Position numbers and translations under genes: made by a program
NCBI GenBank assembly: GCA_029717555.1
Contig: JAMDHS010000111.1
Location: 1-63,006 of the forward strand
Reading direction: 5' to 3'
Source: Peribolospora baueri
Lineage: Eukaryota
DNA: 63,006 nt
Shown here: one piece after another, positions 1 through 13,769 of the stretch
Position numbering within the stretch: the stretch's first letter is position 1
Layout of the letters: every line of letters begins with the position of its first letter
Notes under the pieces: model-generated
What the model saw: the letters and a program-made list of their open reading frames with translations, nothing else
The model's database searches: none
What the model was told of the DNA's origin: nothing

Positions 1-1284
1 ACTTGGTCGAGGTCGTGGGCGAGCGACCGGGCATCTTCAAATCGGCAAGGCGCATACGTCGCGTCCTCGCCGTCGTTCCGGCAGCGAGCGTGGCGGCTGT
101 CGAAGCTCGGTCGACCCTCATGGCCGTCCCGTCGAACGGGTGGCCTGGGTCATGGAGGGTCTTGACGATGGAAAAGAAAATTCGCAAAGGCCTCTGGGGC
201 GACTATGCCACCGTCCAAGCAAATGTGTGTCCTCGCATCGTTTTTTTTTTTTTTTTTCTCCAGGTCCGGCCAGTATGGATGTTTGAACCTTGCTGACGTA
301 CCTTCCCTTCCTCGCCTATGAACGAACGTGCACATTGTCCCTCGCCTCGGCGCCCGGCACCCGCCCGCTCGCACTTCGATTCATTTAGCTATTGCTTCCA
401 GCACTGTCCAGCTACCCAGCCGGGACGCCCATACCATACCGACTCATCATCACAACGACGACGAAACTGATGAAGCGCGAGTCGGACACGCCAGTCGACG
501 ACAAAGGCAAACCGCTCTTTCCGGCCCCACCGACGCCGTCCGAGGTGGAACTTTGTCTGACCCGGGAGGTGCACATCAAGGCGCGGCACTTAAGACGGGA
601 TAAGTCGGACACCGTCGCCGTGCTAGGGGGTAAGGGCAGCTCGGCCGAAGGCATGGTCATGAATCCGGCCGACGATCAGTGGGTCCCCAGCGACCATGAC
701 AACGGCCGTGGCGTATGGAAGCGCGAGGTCGAGTTGAGGTCGAGTTTCGTACTCTCTTGCCCAGCCACGTTCAACACCGTCCTGCTCGGCGTTCAGGTCT
801 GTAGTAGATCGAGGCCTTGCTTCTCTCTCAAGTATCGGATGGTTCTTCCGTCCAGTGGCCGACAAGTCGGGTCGGGACAACTGCTGACCTTGGCCTTGCG
901 TTCCTTCTGGCGACGACTCAGTATTCCCTCGAACTTGTCGTGCCGTTCCCCGTGCCGATGAACAACCTTCACAAGCGCACGCCGATCGTCATCTTCGCCC
1001 CCTTCCACCTCTCCATTGAAAAGCCCTCGACGTCGGCCCATGTCGCTATGGACACGAATCCGCCGCCGCCTTCCACAGCCCCGCCTTCTCATCCGTTTGA
1101 CTTCCCTCCGTGAGTACATCATGTGGTCGCGCTCTCATCTGGACTGGTGTAGTCTACGGACGAGATAAACCGGAGCGGGTGATCCGATGGCGGACGAGCG
1201 CTGACGATACGACCCTCGTTGTATCATTATCGTGGCAGGTCGTACTGGGATGGAGACAGCTGGGACGTGGACGAGAAGGAGTGA
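1..1284 (+). CDS. 3' part of a spliced arrestin-like / PPxY adaptor protein (5' end outside the window)
   Basis: Exon LPALSSYPAGTPIPYRLIITTTTK...VELCLTREVHIKA resembles a basidiomycete arrestin C-domain. Splicing at 1109 (gtgagt) to the last exon gives FDFPP|SYWDGDSWDVDEKE*, i.e. a PPSY motif; stop TGA 1282-1284. Confidence 0.55.
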
Positions 1285-2430
1285 GAAACGGAAAGCGGGA
1301 TGGACGGGGGGGCCTTAAGAAGGGCGGGCACGAGGATGTCGCTTATGGTCGTGAACCGGGGACCGTCTTGCAGCTGCAACGGCGAGAGGAGGAGGTCGTT
1401 GTGTCCGTTTCCCGATCGTACCGACGGGCGGGAAAAAGTTGTGTGCGACATGCTCCGGGAAAGTTTGGTGAACGTTCGTAGGATCCTTAATAAGAAATCC
1501 AGAGTCACAGACCAAGTCATGACGTGCCGGCCGGCGACGGATGTGCTCCTTGCACCGGATCGCCCACCTCGACATCCATTCCTAGCTTTCCATCCCTCCC
1601 TCGGGTCTCCCTCGGATGGATCCCGCCCGACATCGGACAGTTAGCTCGATATATATCGGAATTACCACCCGTCGGCAAACGAGCTTAGCTTAGGGCGGAT
1701 AATCGGATAGGATGACATAACATGACATGGGTTGGGATGGGATGGGATGGACGCGTCGGACGAGCGGGGACGACGGAAGGAGAGAGCTTGCGGACACGCT
1801 TGCTTGACTTAATGGAGTCCAAGGAATAAAGGGTCCAAGCAGGCAACGACGTCGGCGTCGCCCCGTTCCCCCAAAAATACGATAACCTGGATCCGACCGT
1901 CTCCTGAGAGATGAGATGGACGGACGGATGGATGGAGGAGGATCGCCATACGATATTACTCTCTCCATACCTACCAACGCCGTACGGCTACCATGGCTTT
2001 GGCCGGAAACCGAATGCAAACTGAAAAGAGAAAGACCACCGGTCGGTAACGTACGCTACGTGAGGACGTGAGGGGAGCCGCTTACCGACCGGACAGAAGG
2101 CTCAGCCGATGACGACCGCCGACGGCCGGCGGCGATGCGGGATGGCGCAAGGACGGAAAGAGGGCGTCAGCGAGAAGCGAGGTTTCTTTATAGGAGGTGC
2201 CGAGTCGAGGTCTTCCACTGCCAATCCGTCTTCGACGTGAGTTCGGATGAAAGGCGCTTTTAGGGGGACGATGAGAGATTACCATCCATCCACCCGCCCC
2301 ATCCGTCGAGTAGACGCTACTTCTTTCCCAATAGCAGTGCTACTAACGACTGCCTTTTGGAAGAGATTGATTTGCAGAGGAAGTATGCGGTTCGAAAGAT
2401 GGAAGGAAGTACACGATGACCTAAGCCGAG

Positions 2431-3400
2431 CGGAACCCAAATGCGCTCATTCCCGATGTAGGGCATCGCCGCACCCCGAGGTCTCACTGGAGCTCAGCCC
2501 TCTTGCAGGTGGGAGGTGCGGAGGAGGTAGAGGCAAGGGGAGCGGGGGAGGCACGACGAACGTGAACGGCACTGGTCCTGCCGCTGCTACCAGCGGTGGA
2601 GGTGGTGGTGGCGAAGGTGGGGGAGGCGAAGTGAGGCGAGGAGAAGTCGCGTCGAGCTCCTCGTTTTATTCGAAGGAGTCTTCCCCACCCTGGCCACTCT
2701 CTCCCCTCCCCTGTGGGCTTTCCTCCTCTAATTGCCTTATCTTCCAGATAGGGAATGGGGGCGCCTCAGTGGTACCCGTTCCGATCCGTTGGGGGAAACA
2801 CTAGGTCGAACCTTGTCGCTTCGCGGTCGTTTTGTGTGCACGTTGTGGTTTGGGCCGCCGTTGCCGCTGAGTGGTTTGTATTGACCCAAGATGGGTTTGC
2901 AACTGAGGTCGCGCGGCAAATAGTAGAAGGTATTAGAAGGTATGAGAGCCCAAGCCGCAGGGTGGGAAAGACCTCTTGAACAAGTCGCTGATGAAGGTTT
3001 TCAGGACAGGTAAGGCGTGTCGTGGAAGCGATGGAGAGGAAGTGATGGAGACAGAGAAGAGAGTAACGAGACGAAGAGAACTGGATCGATTGGTTTGGTT
3101 GTAGTAAGGTGAAGGTCATCCTCCAGGGATACTCAGAGTCCCTGTTCTTATATACATAGAATAGGGCTCAGGGGACGAGTAACAATGGGGAGGAGTAATG
3201 GGAAACGAGTGCATCACGTACGCCTGCGCCCGCGTGCATTCGATCCGACCAATGAGGAGAGAGCAATAGGGAGACGCGGGTTTCCCGCGACAAGGCATCA
3301 GTAATGATGGTGCGGAGAGTGTCGGGAAGAGAGACGGCGATTCGACCAGAGTTTGCGCAATCTGTTGAATGTCAGTGCTCGAGGACGTCCCGGTAACGAG
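2431..3400 (-). pseudogene. Decayed relic of the RNase III-like gene module at 48.3-49.6 kb
   Basis: Minus strand gives TFISDLF/EVFPTLR (cf. TFLNDLFNEEVFPTLR) and PRDLSCKPIL...GGPNHNVHTKRPRSDK (cf. PHDLGRKTGL...GGANNKGANKRRRSEN). DNA ggttcgacctagtgtttcccccaacggatcggaacgggtacca matches ggttcgacctaatgtttctcccacaggtcgcaacgggtacca at ~49175. Frameshifted; catalytic motifs not seen. Confidence 0.75.
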
Positions 3401-3479
3401 AAAGAATTGCGTCCCCTGGCGGACAAGGAAGTTGTTGTGTTTGGCAGGAGCGTTGCCATGAATGGCGTCCTGTTTGAAA

Positions 3480-4300
3480 AAAGTGCGCATGATCCGACGT
3501 ATGCTTCGACAGTGGTCGTCATTCCAGGCCAGCAGAAGTGACGCGCAAGGTATGACTGGGTCTTGTCACATCCTGGATGACCAGCTAGTGGACTGTCGCG
3601 AGCTTGCGAAAGGAGGCGCATTCTGAGAGGGTCGCTGGCGGGGACATAAACACGATCCTTGTAGAAGAGGAGATCGCGCTGGTGAGAGTAGTCAGACGGG
3701 CTGTGGCCTAGCTGCTGCGAGATTTTGACGAAGTGCGGGTCTTGTGGCAAGAGTTGACGAATTTCTCGAAGTAGGTCAAGGTCTGCGAGAGATTGACCTG
3801 GATCCGTACTTACTCTTGTCGAAGCCGTTGACCTCGACTTGGATTGGTCGTAGAATCGTTTCCTCGGTTGTGTTCGCGGCCTTCCCCTCTTTCAAGAGGT
3901 CAGCGCGGCGCGTCAATGCATTGGCCCTGCCATTGAGGGCGCCAGGTCGGTACTCGAGCCAATAATGACGAGCGTTGAGCGTCTGAGACCAACGTGCCTG
4001 GTGTCGAGAGAGAACCTTGGAGGTCTCAAGATTCTTGCGATCCGTGATGATGGTGATCGGGTCGTGCAAAGATTCTAGGTAATGTCGCCATAGGCTGACA
4101 CTCGCGACGATTGCTAGAAGATCCTTTTTGCCGACTGTGTAGTTCGGCTCGGCGGGCGAGAGTTTCCTAGACATGAACGCAGTATGGTGGAGGCGATTAG
4201 TCTAAGGATCACGCTGGCTAAGAATGCCCGAGATAGTGCAATCAGAGGCATCGGTTTCCAGAATTGTGCGCCGGTATTGGTGGTGTGTTCTAAGGCCGGG
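3480..4300 (-). mobile_element. Truncated, frameshifted Ty3/Gypsy pol fragment (RNase H + integrase Zn-binding region)
   Basis: [40 protein letters not shown]...[14 protein letters not shown]...[14 protein letters not shown] and DSPLAGHPGCDKT...FCWPGM in different frames. No LTRs seen. Confidence 0.9.
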
Positions 4301-4710
4301 CTTCTGTGGCCCACTTACCCGCTCAGGTCTATAAGTGTGCGAGCATGCCACTCCGCCCGCCGCCGCCACCGCATGAACTGAAGAGACTGTTCCGGGAAGG
4401 AGCGCTATTTTGAAAGAGATCTTCATTTATGAACCCACACAGCGATTCACCGCGCATGCTGATCCGTTTAACTCCGCGCGACGCGGCTCGCGCCGATCTC
4501 GGTATCGTTTTACGCGGCGTGCTTAGGAGGTGGCCAATTGACCCGTGTCGATCAAGGACCGCCGTACCCTCATCCCGTTGCATACCCCTCTGCTTTCGCC
4601 CTCTCACCTAGTCTACCTCACGCTGTTCCGCCTCGTCTCTTGTTGTCAAGTCCTTCTGTAGCTGGGGTTGCTGAGAGCGGCTTGTCTTCCTCCACAAGCC
4701 CCAGTCGAGC

Positions 4711-7700
4711 ATGGGCAGGCGCGGCCACCAGTCGACGAAGATTCCCAACGTCAAGCTTCGCCCTGCTCCGGCTCGCCCTCCTGCCGCTTCTTCTTCCTTC
4801 GCCTCCGATCGATTGGATGTTGCCTGGGACAGGTCGTCCAAGCGGCCACGGATCTCTCTCCCTGCAGACGACAACCCCGGCCGGGATAGAGATGGCGGAG
4901 AGGCAGAGGACGGCCTGGGGTGGATGGAACGCGAGGCGGAGGAGGAGTACAGGAGGGACAATAAGGACTATGATGTTGGAGAAGTGGACCTTGCTCTCAG
5001 CGCAAGGCCGTTGAAGCATGCTGTCGTGTGCTTAACTGGCATCAAGGACGGCAAGGTGAGTTAGTGGGACGACGGCGGCGAAACGATTCACCAGGCGCGA
5101 TCGCTCATCTTTGCGATTGTTTCTTTCAATGCTCTCTCTTTTCCTCATCCTCTATCTTTAACAGTCATCACTGCTTCAGAAAGCCCGCGAAATGGGCGCC
5201 AGGACGGAGAACAACCTCACGGAGGATGTGACGCATCTCATCGCTGAAAAGCCTGGCAGCGAGAAATACAGGGTGTGTGTCGCGGTTATCCTTTAGGGCC
5301 ACCTGGCCTCTGGTGGTCAATCTGCGCGCCAGATCTTCCCTTGCGGTTCACCGCACATAGGCACAGCCGGAGCTCTGACTCGCCTGTTCTATTGGTCTGA
5401 AAACAGTGTGCCGTCATGCTGGGACTCGCCATCGTTACGCCGTCTTGGATCACGGACACCCATGCACTGTGGGTCGAAGGAGAAGATATCGACTTTAAAC
5501 AGGTAAGATTTTCTCCTTGTTTCTTGTCGCCTCTTGTCAGCGCTCACGTGCAGCAGTTCTCTAACTTCACTCCACTTTCCTTGTCCGTATGTTGCACTCC
5601 AAATCTTCCTTCCCGTGTTATCTGCAGTCCATCGAGACCCATCGACTGCCCGCCTTCGCCAATCTTCGCATCTGCTGCACGGGAATCGAGACGTCCTCGA
5701 CGCGGGCCACCCTTTCCTCCGCGATCGCCTCTGCAGGCGGTGTCTACTCTCCTAACCTCGATTTCACAGTGACTCATCTCGTCGTCGCATCTTCACTTCG
5801 ACCTGACGCTGGACAATCCCAAAAGGTCAAGTGGGTGAGGGAGCAGGTGGGAAAGAGGGCGCTTATGGCTAGGACGGCGGCTGCGGGGAGAACCGTCCAT
5901 GACATGTGGAGTGTCAGGATGGTATGGGAGGAGTGGGCGTGGGACTCGATACGTTCCGGTGGTGAGTTTGACGTTCGATTTCACGCGAGCGGGGCACAAT
6001 CCTTTGGACGCACAGACAATTCGTCGACGTGGTTCGGCCGGCACGTGCAGGCTTGCCATCTAAGGATTCTCATATGCATACGTTCGTCCTCGTTCCCCCT
6101 TTCCCCCTTCCTTTCCTTCGATCGTTCAAACAGGCTGCCTTGACGAGGACAAATACGACATCAGCCTGCCCGAGCCGGACAGGAAGGTGTTCCGTAGGCT
6201 CCAAGGTGGGCGGACATTACGCTTCTTTTACTCATTGGCCGAGAGTAAATGGGCCTGTGCTATTGTAGGGACACCATTGTGCTCATTGTCCTGCCGTTAT
6301 GCTTTTTTCCGTGTCAGCGTCTCGGTCATCAGCCCTGTCTCAGAGCGCCCATGTTGGAACGTCGAAGGAAGACTGCTCAGATAAGCATTCCCTCGATCAG
6401 AAGGAACGACGGTCCCCTATATACTCGCCAAACCCTGAGGTCGACGACGACGGGTACGAGGAAGAGCGAGCTCGAGTTCGGAAACGAGCTGATGGAAGCT
6501 CTCATCGGGCGTCCGAACTGATTGGTACGGGTCCAGCGAGCAAGGGCAAAGGACGAGCCAGCGGCGGTGGCGTGGCCGAACTCGTAGACCGGATCATCCA
6601 ATCCAGTCAACGCGGCGTCAACCAACGGGAGACTCTTAGACGCGGCTCACCAGTGCCACCCTCGTCTAGGTTGGCCTCTCAAGGCCATGCGGCGAGATCG
6701 GAAGTGGTGGCAGATTCTGAAACCGATGAAGAGGCTATCAGGTTACTCTCTCCCGTACAGCACGAAGGGGTCCCCGACGAGAGATCGGCGCCATCGTCCG
6801 TGACACCCGCGCCATATACACGAACGGCTCCGGAAATTGCAAACGGCACCAGAAGTTTGTTGGCCAATATGAGCCGTACCCACGCATTCTCCCAAGCTCC
6901 TTCATCGTCGACCGGACCAAGCACAGCGAGAAGGCCCTCTGTCCCTTTGAAGAAGGCCGCTACGACTGCGTTTGACGACGACGATGATGGGGCGTCGGAG
7001 TCAGGACGGCAAGGTGTACGTCCCGACGGTCGCAAGCGGGCCTTTGCAGGCCTCCGCATCGCCCACGCTGGCTTCGAGACGAGGCAGGCGAAGCAGCTCG
7101 AGAACGCGTTACGCGACAATGGCGCAAAGGTTGTTTCGTATTCGCATATCAGCGGGAAAACAACGTCACAATGCGACCCAGACAACATGGGGAAGGGAAC
7201 GGAAGAGCATGGGGAACACGTTGACTACGTTGTCCTCCCGCTTGCTCGGTCAGTAGACGCTCTTGGAGGGTAGTGGCAGCCCTGATCACTTTTTTTTCGT
7301 GTCTAACGGGTTTTGTCTTACTCGAACAGCTCTTCTTCCTCGCCGACTGTGCCACTAGGAGTGCAAGCTGTGACAGAGTATTGGGTAGAGCGGTCATTGT
7401 GGGAAGAGAGGCCTTGCTGCCTTGACGAGTCGTTCGCCTTTACACCATCCCCGCTCACCTTCCCGCTTTCGGGCGCGGAACAGCTCACATTCTCCGTCAC
7501 CTCTCTTGACGAGGTGGACAAACTGCAAGTGCCACGAGCCCTCAAGCTGCTGGGCTGTCGCGTCTCTGATGTGTTTAAGCGCAGAGGCATCTCCGCGCTC
7601 TTGTCGGGTGCGAAGAAGGAGGAGGATAGGAAGGGACTCAAGGTGGAGAAAGCGATGAGTTGGGGCGTGCCCGTCGTCGGGACAGATTGGCTGCGGTGTG

Positions 7701-9088
7701 CGCTTGAGCGAGGAGAGCTCGGTCTGCCTTCCGCGGAGGGGAGCGTGCCAAGCAGTTTACCTTCGTCTCCCGCTCCACTAGAAGTGAGTCGATATTTGTC
7801 TTCCTAGCTCCAATTGTTCGTTTTTTTAACCTGGGCTAATTCTTTTTCCTCAATGCAGCGGGTGGAGCCGCCTGCATCATGGGACGAGCAGGTGTTCCCT
7901 CCGACCCAATCTCAAAGCTTAACTTGGACGTCACAATCTTTGTCGAAAGGGTCGAAGAAACCTTTGGTGCTCGGTCGGCAAAATCCATCGCTATCGCAGA
8001 GCGTGTCTCGCCGACGTTCGTCGGCTATCACTGATTTCACTGAGGCTAGCGAGATCACACCTTCAGCCGGCCGACGAGTGGCCGGAGCACGGGCGAGCGG
8101 GCGTTTTCCAGCGGAGATTCCAGCTGATGAACCACCGCCATTATCGCTGCCATCCTCCTCTCCTACGAACAATCCGACGCATGGAGGAGCCCCAGCAGTA
8201 CACACTTCGTCTGCGCCGGCCACTCCTGCTCGCCAAGACAACGATGCCTCCCCTAACAAGCCTGCTGACGCCGAAGTGGATCATCCCACCCGCGCGGCGG
8301 CCTTGGCCCCTCCAGCACTCCGCAAGTCGTCGGAATTTCTCGCGATTCTGCGAAATAACCGGCTGCAAGCCGAGGACAACAACGGCGGCGGAAATGGAAG
8401 CGTCTTCCACTTTTACGCCGGAGGAGTGGCGGCGCCTTCTTCAGGTCATCGAAGAGCGCCGCGGGCGCCCAGACGCAGTCGTCCGTCCTCCGGCTCAACC
8501 GGCTCGTCACCGCCTCAGAACCGGTCGCCTTCAGATGCTCGCGCCTCGTCTGCATTTGTGAGGAAGCGGCTCCTTGCCCATCCAGTCAGATCAGAAGCAG
8601 GCACAGGGGACGGTGCGTTCTGCGGTTTGGCCGCGTTTGCACGACCAATGGACGCGGCCTTGGACGTAGCGCCCTCCGCTGTACAGAACGGGGAGAACGG
8701 GCAGTATGAGACGACAGGTCTCCGGTCGGAAGATGCTGCGACGGTGGCAGAGGCAGAAGCTAGCCTTCGGATTACGTATGACGACCCTGACGGGACGAGA
8801 GAAAAGGAGAGGCTACTGGCTTTGATTGGGCGGGGTAGGGACCGTGCGAAGAGGGAGAGGGAAGTGGAGGAGATGGGCCCAGGAGGGCTGGGAGCGGAGG
8901 ATGTAGCCATGGCAGGGGAGATCTGCTTCCCCGCCAAGGGGCTTATACCCGTTGGCCAAGAGGAGGAAGACGACGACGACAAGACATGGCCATCGGATGG
9001 CGCCCCGTCGCCAAAGAAACAGACCAGTAGCCGAATCACGGTCCAGTTGGATCGGCGAGACGCACACGGAAGTCCTACGCAGACGTAG
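4711..9088 (+). CDS. Multi-BRCT replication/checkpoint scaffold, TopBP1/Rad4(Cut5)/Dpb11-like (multi-exon)
   Basis: BRCT-type segments VVCLTG...GA..ENNLTEDVTHLIA...IVTPSWI, RICCTG...GGVYSPNLDFTVTHLVV...WEEWAWDS, VTEYWVERSL and FSVTSL...AMSWGVPVVGTDWL, separated by GT-AG introns; disordered C-terminal exon. Confidence 0.8.
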
Positions 9089-9626
9089 ATGCGCGCGTCT
9101 TTTGTTATGGTGATCTCGTGTACTTTAGCATTTCTCGTCGAGTGGGACCGGGATATCGTTGAGGATGGGGTCGGAATAGTTGCTTGCGCACGGGCTAATG
9201 GGAAGAGGCAGGCAGATAACTATAGGCACGTGACGTCACATCACGAATCCAGTCGAACCGCTTGAGGTCTCATCCTTGTCCCTCGAATACGACCCTACGA
9301 CCCTTCAGTCATTTTTCAGCTCGTTAGGTAGTGCGTGGTGCTCTCTATCGTGGTATTAGGCGACCCAAGATGTACAGAGGTACCATCCAGGTGAAGTTTC
9401 ATTTCCTTATCCTGACTCAGCTGGCTGTGCCCAACAACCGGGATGCTGAGGTGCTGGGAATCGACAATGGCTGCACGAACGATCTTTATTGATGGCACCA
9501 TGTCCTGGCCAGAGCGCTCTAGTTTGGTTTGCTCAGCTCCTCCATACGGTTTTTACTATTAAACTAAATTCAGCTTTGCTCTGCTTTCACCCTCCATCTT
9601 CCCACCCCTTCCGGCAGCCCGGGATC

Positions 9627-10923
9627 ATGTCCCTTTTCTCTACTACCTGCTCTCATCCTCTCGCGCTCTTTTCCTCTCAAATCGACCCTTCCCTGCCCGA
9701 GGATTCAGCCATCTGTCTGGTACGAGACGACACAGACGAGATCTTGCCCATTAGAAGGGTCGATGACACTGTCGAGGCGCCAGAGGAGAAGAGGAAGCGA
9801 TCAAGATGGGACGTGCGAGCTGCGGGAGCCGGAAATGAATCTGGGCAACCTCAATTCCAGCTCCGAGGAAGGTCGACTATCTCAACGCCAGATGGATCAG
9901 AGACCTCACGGGGTGCTTTGGTTCATCCCGTCCTCCACATACAATCGCCTAGTCCCCGCACCACCTTCATTCGCTCTCCGCCGCTCTGCGCTGATCCAAC
10001 TTCCTCAGCAGCACAGCCAAAGGACCTCCAGATTGAGCTGCCGTTCGTTCATCTCCAGTTCCGACCTATCGGAGGGAGCAGCGCGCGCCCTTTTAGCTTT
10101 GAGGTTGGCATTGTCGACGTGAGGGGAGAGCGGGGCATTATAAGGGTCTCTACATTTCAGGTAAGTCACTGTCGTGTATGTTGCCATGATCCAATATATG
10201 CAGCCCGTGTTGCAGTGGGACTTTGCTCTCGCACGACTTGAAGCGAGATTGGGAGAGCTCTGTTGGAAGAAAGAGAGGAGCCATATGGGGTTGGGGAGTG
10301 CTGTTCGAAGTCATCCTGGGAAGCAACGCGCGCTTCCCTCTTGTTTCAGAAAGCCCGAGGGCGTCGTAAGCCTCCGATCTCCTTACCTCCACTCGCTCAC
10401 AGCGTTCCTGACGTCTGGCCTTTACTTCCCACCACCTGCTTCTTAGAACGAACCAACTTTGTACCCTCCGACGGCCACCGCACCAGCATTGCTACACATC
10501 CCACTCGCCTTGCCGCCCCTACCATCCTCCGATCCTTCCGTGTTGAGTCTATGGAGCACGGTCTCCCTCGATCTCGGCTTTTTGATCCAGTCATTTTCCG
10601 ACCGATCCTTGCTATCCGACCGATGGGCTGAGGCGGAAATCGAACGGCAAGGCGTTTCCGCTGCCTCTCGCTGGAACGACGATATGGCAGAAAAGCCCGA
10701 CCCTCGGCGGACGGTGCGCCTGTCAGGTCTGACACGCTTCTCGCACGTGTCCTTTGTGAAGGTCTACGCCAACTGTCGTCTCCGAAGGCTCTGGTTTACC
10801 AGTGGTCCCGAGATGAGTGGCTCCAGCGCTAATCCCCGTGATGGACCATGGGGCGGATCCGTCACTGGCACGCATGAGAGAAGGGAGTTACCTGTCGAAT
10901 TTGAGCTGTACGGGAAAACATGA
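9627..10923 (+). CDS. CFAP20/Bug22 (DUF667)-domain protein; 2 exons, intron 10161-10446
   Basis: LQIELPFVHLQFRP...FSFEVGIVD..G.R..IRVSTFQ and WSTVSLDL...VKVYANCRLRRLWF match the CFAP20 family pattern. Confidence 0.8.
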
Positions 10924-11251
10924 TTGGAACGCAGTCTACACCGTCCGTCGCTCTTGGGGGTGAAGTGGACGAACGCTTTAAGAAAGAATTACTTCGTACA
11001 TTTCCCTTGTCGGTGCTCATGTCCTGATTTCAATGATATGCAAGGTCGATGGGATGCAAACAGTTGAAGTCGGCGCAAGGAACACTGAAATACGTGCGTC
11101 CCCCCTTGGATAAGGCGGTGAGCGCACGTGATGATTGGCGCGATCACTTCCACGCTCAGGCCACCTGCTGGTCACTTCCACCAACGCCTCTCGTACTCGG
11201 TTCCCTTCGCACAAGACGAATCCCATCCACGCTGAACAGCTCTTGCCGTCT

Positions 11252-12816
11252 ATGAATCGACTATTCGGAAGCAAGAACCCAAAGCCAAAGACGTCCCTTG
11301 CGGACGCGATCGCCTCGGTGCGTGTCGTCTGATAACCTGCCACGCCATCAGCTCGTGGCAAGCGGTCATCGCCCTTCGTTGCACCAGTCAATGTTTTCAC
11401 TGAGCGAGTGGTTCTGCCACGTTTCCGTTACTGCGATCCAACTGAAGTGCCTTTTTGTTCCTATTCCGGTTACTTTCTCATGTCATGTCTTCCCGTTTGC
11501 AGACGGACGCCCGAGCGGACTCTATTGAGGTGAAGATGCGCAAGTTGGATGCCGAACTGACGAGATATAGGGATCAGATGAAGAAGATGAGGGACGGACC
11601 GGGCAAGGTGAGTTTTCATATAACCCTTACCTTGTCGATCTTTATTGAGATCGGTATGCGTCGGGCTTGAGTGGACTCGGGGGCGGGACGTAGACGTCTG
11701 TCCCTGTGTACTTCTCTTCTGGATGTGCGAAAGTCCCCGTGTTTCATGTCCATCTCCGTTTGCCTTGTATTCTTACCTCGGGACTCACACAACATGCGCC
11801 CATCTGACGGCTCGCAGAACGCCATTCAACAACGCGCGATCCGGGTGCTTAAGCAAAAGCGTATGTACGAGGCTCAGCTCCAACAGCTCCAGCAGCAGAC
11901 GTTCAATATGGAGCAGGCGAGCATGACGACGGATAATTTGCGCAACACAATGGCAACCGTTGACGCCATGCGGTGAGTTTCCTGTTTCTTGAGGTGTAAT
12001 GAATGTGCGGTTTGAGAGGGAATGGTCATGGAGCTCATGGAGAGGCGGCCGAGAGGAGATTGGACGCCGTCCCGGAATCGGATGCGATGACTATTTGCAG
12101 ATTTGTGCGGCCGGCCGACTGATCCAGACCCTGAAGCATTCGGTGGATCTTGAGGGCGCACGCAGACGTTCTCACATTCCTGATGGCGTTTCCATTCCCC
12201 GTTGCCTCTTTCAGGACGGCGAACAAGGAGATGAAAAAGAGCTACGGCAAGATTGACATCGACAAGATCGAGGTGAGGCCGCTTTTCGCGATTTGCTCAG
12301 CATCCACGTAATCTTTGTCGCCTTTGGTCGCTTACTCACACGTTGGATTTGCAGAGCATTCACGACGAGATGGAGGATTTGATCGTGAGCGCGAATGAGA
12401 TCCAGGAAAGCCTTGGGCGAACATACGGCGTGCCAGACGAGGTCGATGAGGAGGACCTCCAGGCAGGTGAATACGCGCACGAGGATGCTTGTCCACGGTC
12501 TACGCTCTGTTGATCGACCGTCTCGGGGGCTTTATGGTGCTCACATGTCTCTGTTGGATGCCACCATGCGCAGAGCTGGACGCATTGGGAGACGATCTGC
12601 TGGAGGAGGAGGAGACGCCGTCATATCTGCAAGAAAGCGCCGCTGAGGTGCCAGATTACATCGACGAAGCCCCACAAGCTGTGACCGAGGAGGTGAGCAG
12701 CTTGTTGGATGACCGACTCCACTGCTTGACACGGAGTTGAAGCAAGCATGACCTTATTTACGTCTGTCTTGTTCACAAACCAGCCCACACCGCACGAGGC
12801 CGTCAAGGCCACCTAG
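11252..12816 (+). CDS. VPS60: ESCRT-III Snf7-family protein Vps60/CHMP5 (multi-exon)
   Basis: [73 protein letters not shown]. Confidence 0.92.
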
Positions 12817-13769
12817 GCCTGATTGTCACCGCTCCCCTTCAGCCATATCAGGCGAACGGCCCAAGGGCCAATCTCGTTGTAGTCGCAATACCTGTTACTC
12901 TTTGTAGTTTATATTATCTCGTTCATGGCGTGGAACTTGGTTCATTCGTGTGCCAGACGTCACCGGCTTCCCTGCAGACGTCTTTGTCATTCCCACCTCC
13001 ACAGTTTTACCACGTGCTCGACCTCCACCACCTTGCCTCTTTATGGGAAGCCACTCGCTCTTTTGCCATCCCGGTCGGCGACCGGTCTCTTCATGCTCGT
13101 CAACCCGTAGATCTGCCGGGATAAGAAATGGTCGAGCTCGCCGCACGCCACTCCTCTTTTCCATGGCGGCCAAGAGTATCTGGCACAGTATTATCAACCC
13201 GGACTTGTCACCCCACCCCGGCTGATGATTTGCAAGGAGTCGCACAGCTGAAATGTGTCTTCGCCTTTGGCGCTTTGCTGCAGTGAGAGGCAAGCCATTT
13301 CCTAAGTCAGTGGTACAGGGATGGTGGTAAGGGGTTGGAAGGATGGAATGCACCGCTTCCACGCTGTAAAAGGGATCCAAACATGATGGGCATGGGGTGC
13401 GAGCTGGAGGAAGGAGGAGAGAAGGAGACATGGCGACGACTGAGGGAGGACGAAAGGACAGGACGAGGAACCAAGAAACGCAACTTTACGGAGCTAGGCG
13501 GACATGCGCGGGAGAAGGCGATGAGCAAACTGGCTAGCTACGGGCGATGACACCGAGATCCGAGATGGAGCTGTGTTCCATCGTATGCCACGAGCTCGTA
13601 TGAGGAGGGACTTGAGGAATTGCGGACTTGACCCAGATATAGTCGCTATATGTACATAGTGGCACGATCGTCGCTAAATGCAAAGACGTATGTAAATAAA
13701 TAGCAAAATATAGAATTTTTTAATTAAATACTCTAGAACCGAGACGTCAGAGAAAACTCAGGAAAAATC

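Noticed and set aside
12895..13431. 178-aa minus-strand ORF
   Set aside because: No recognisable motif; cannot be supported as a gene.
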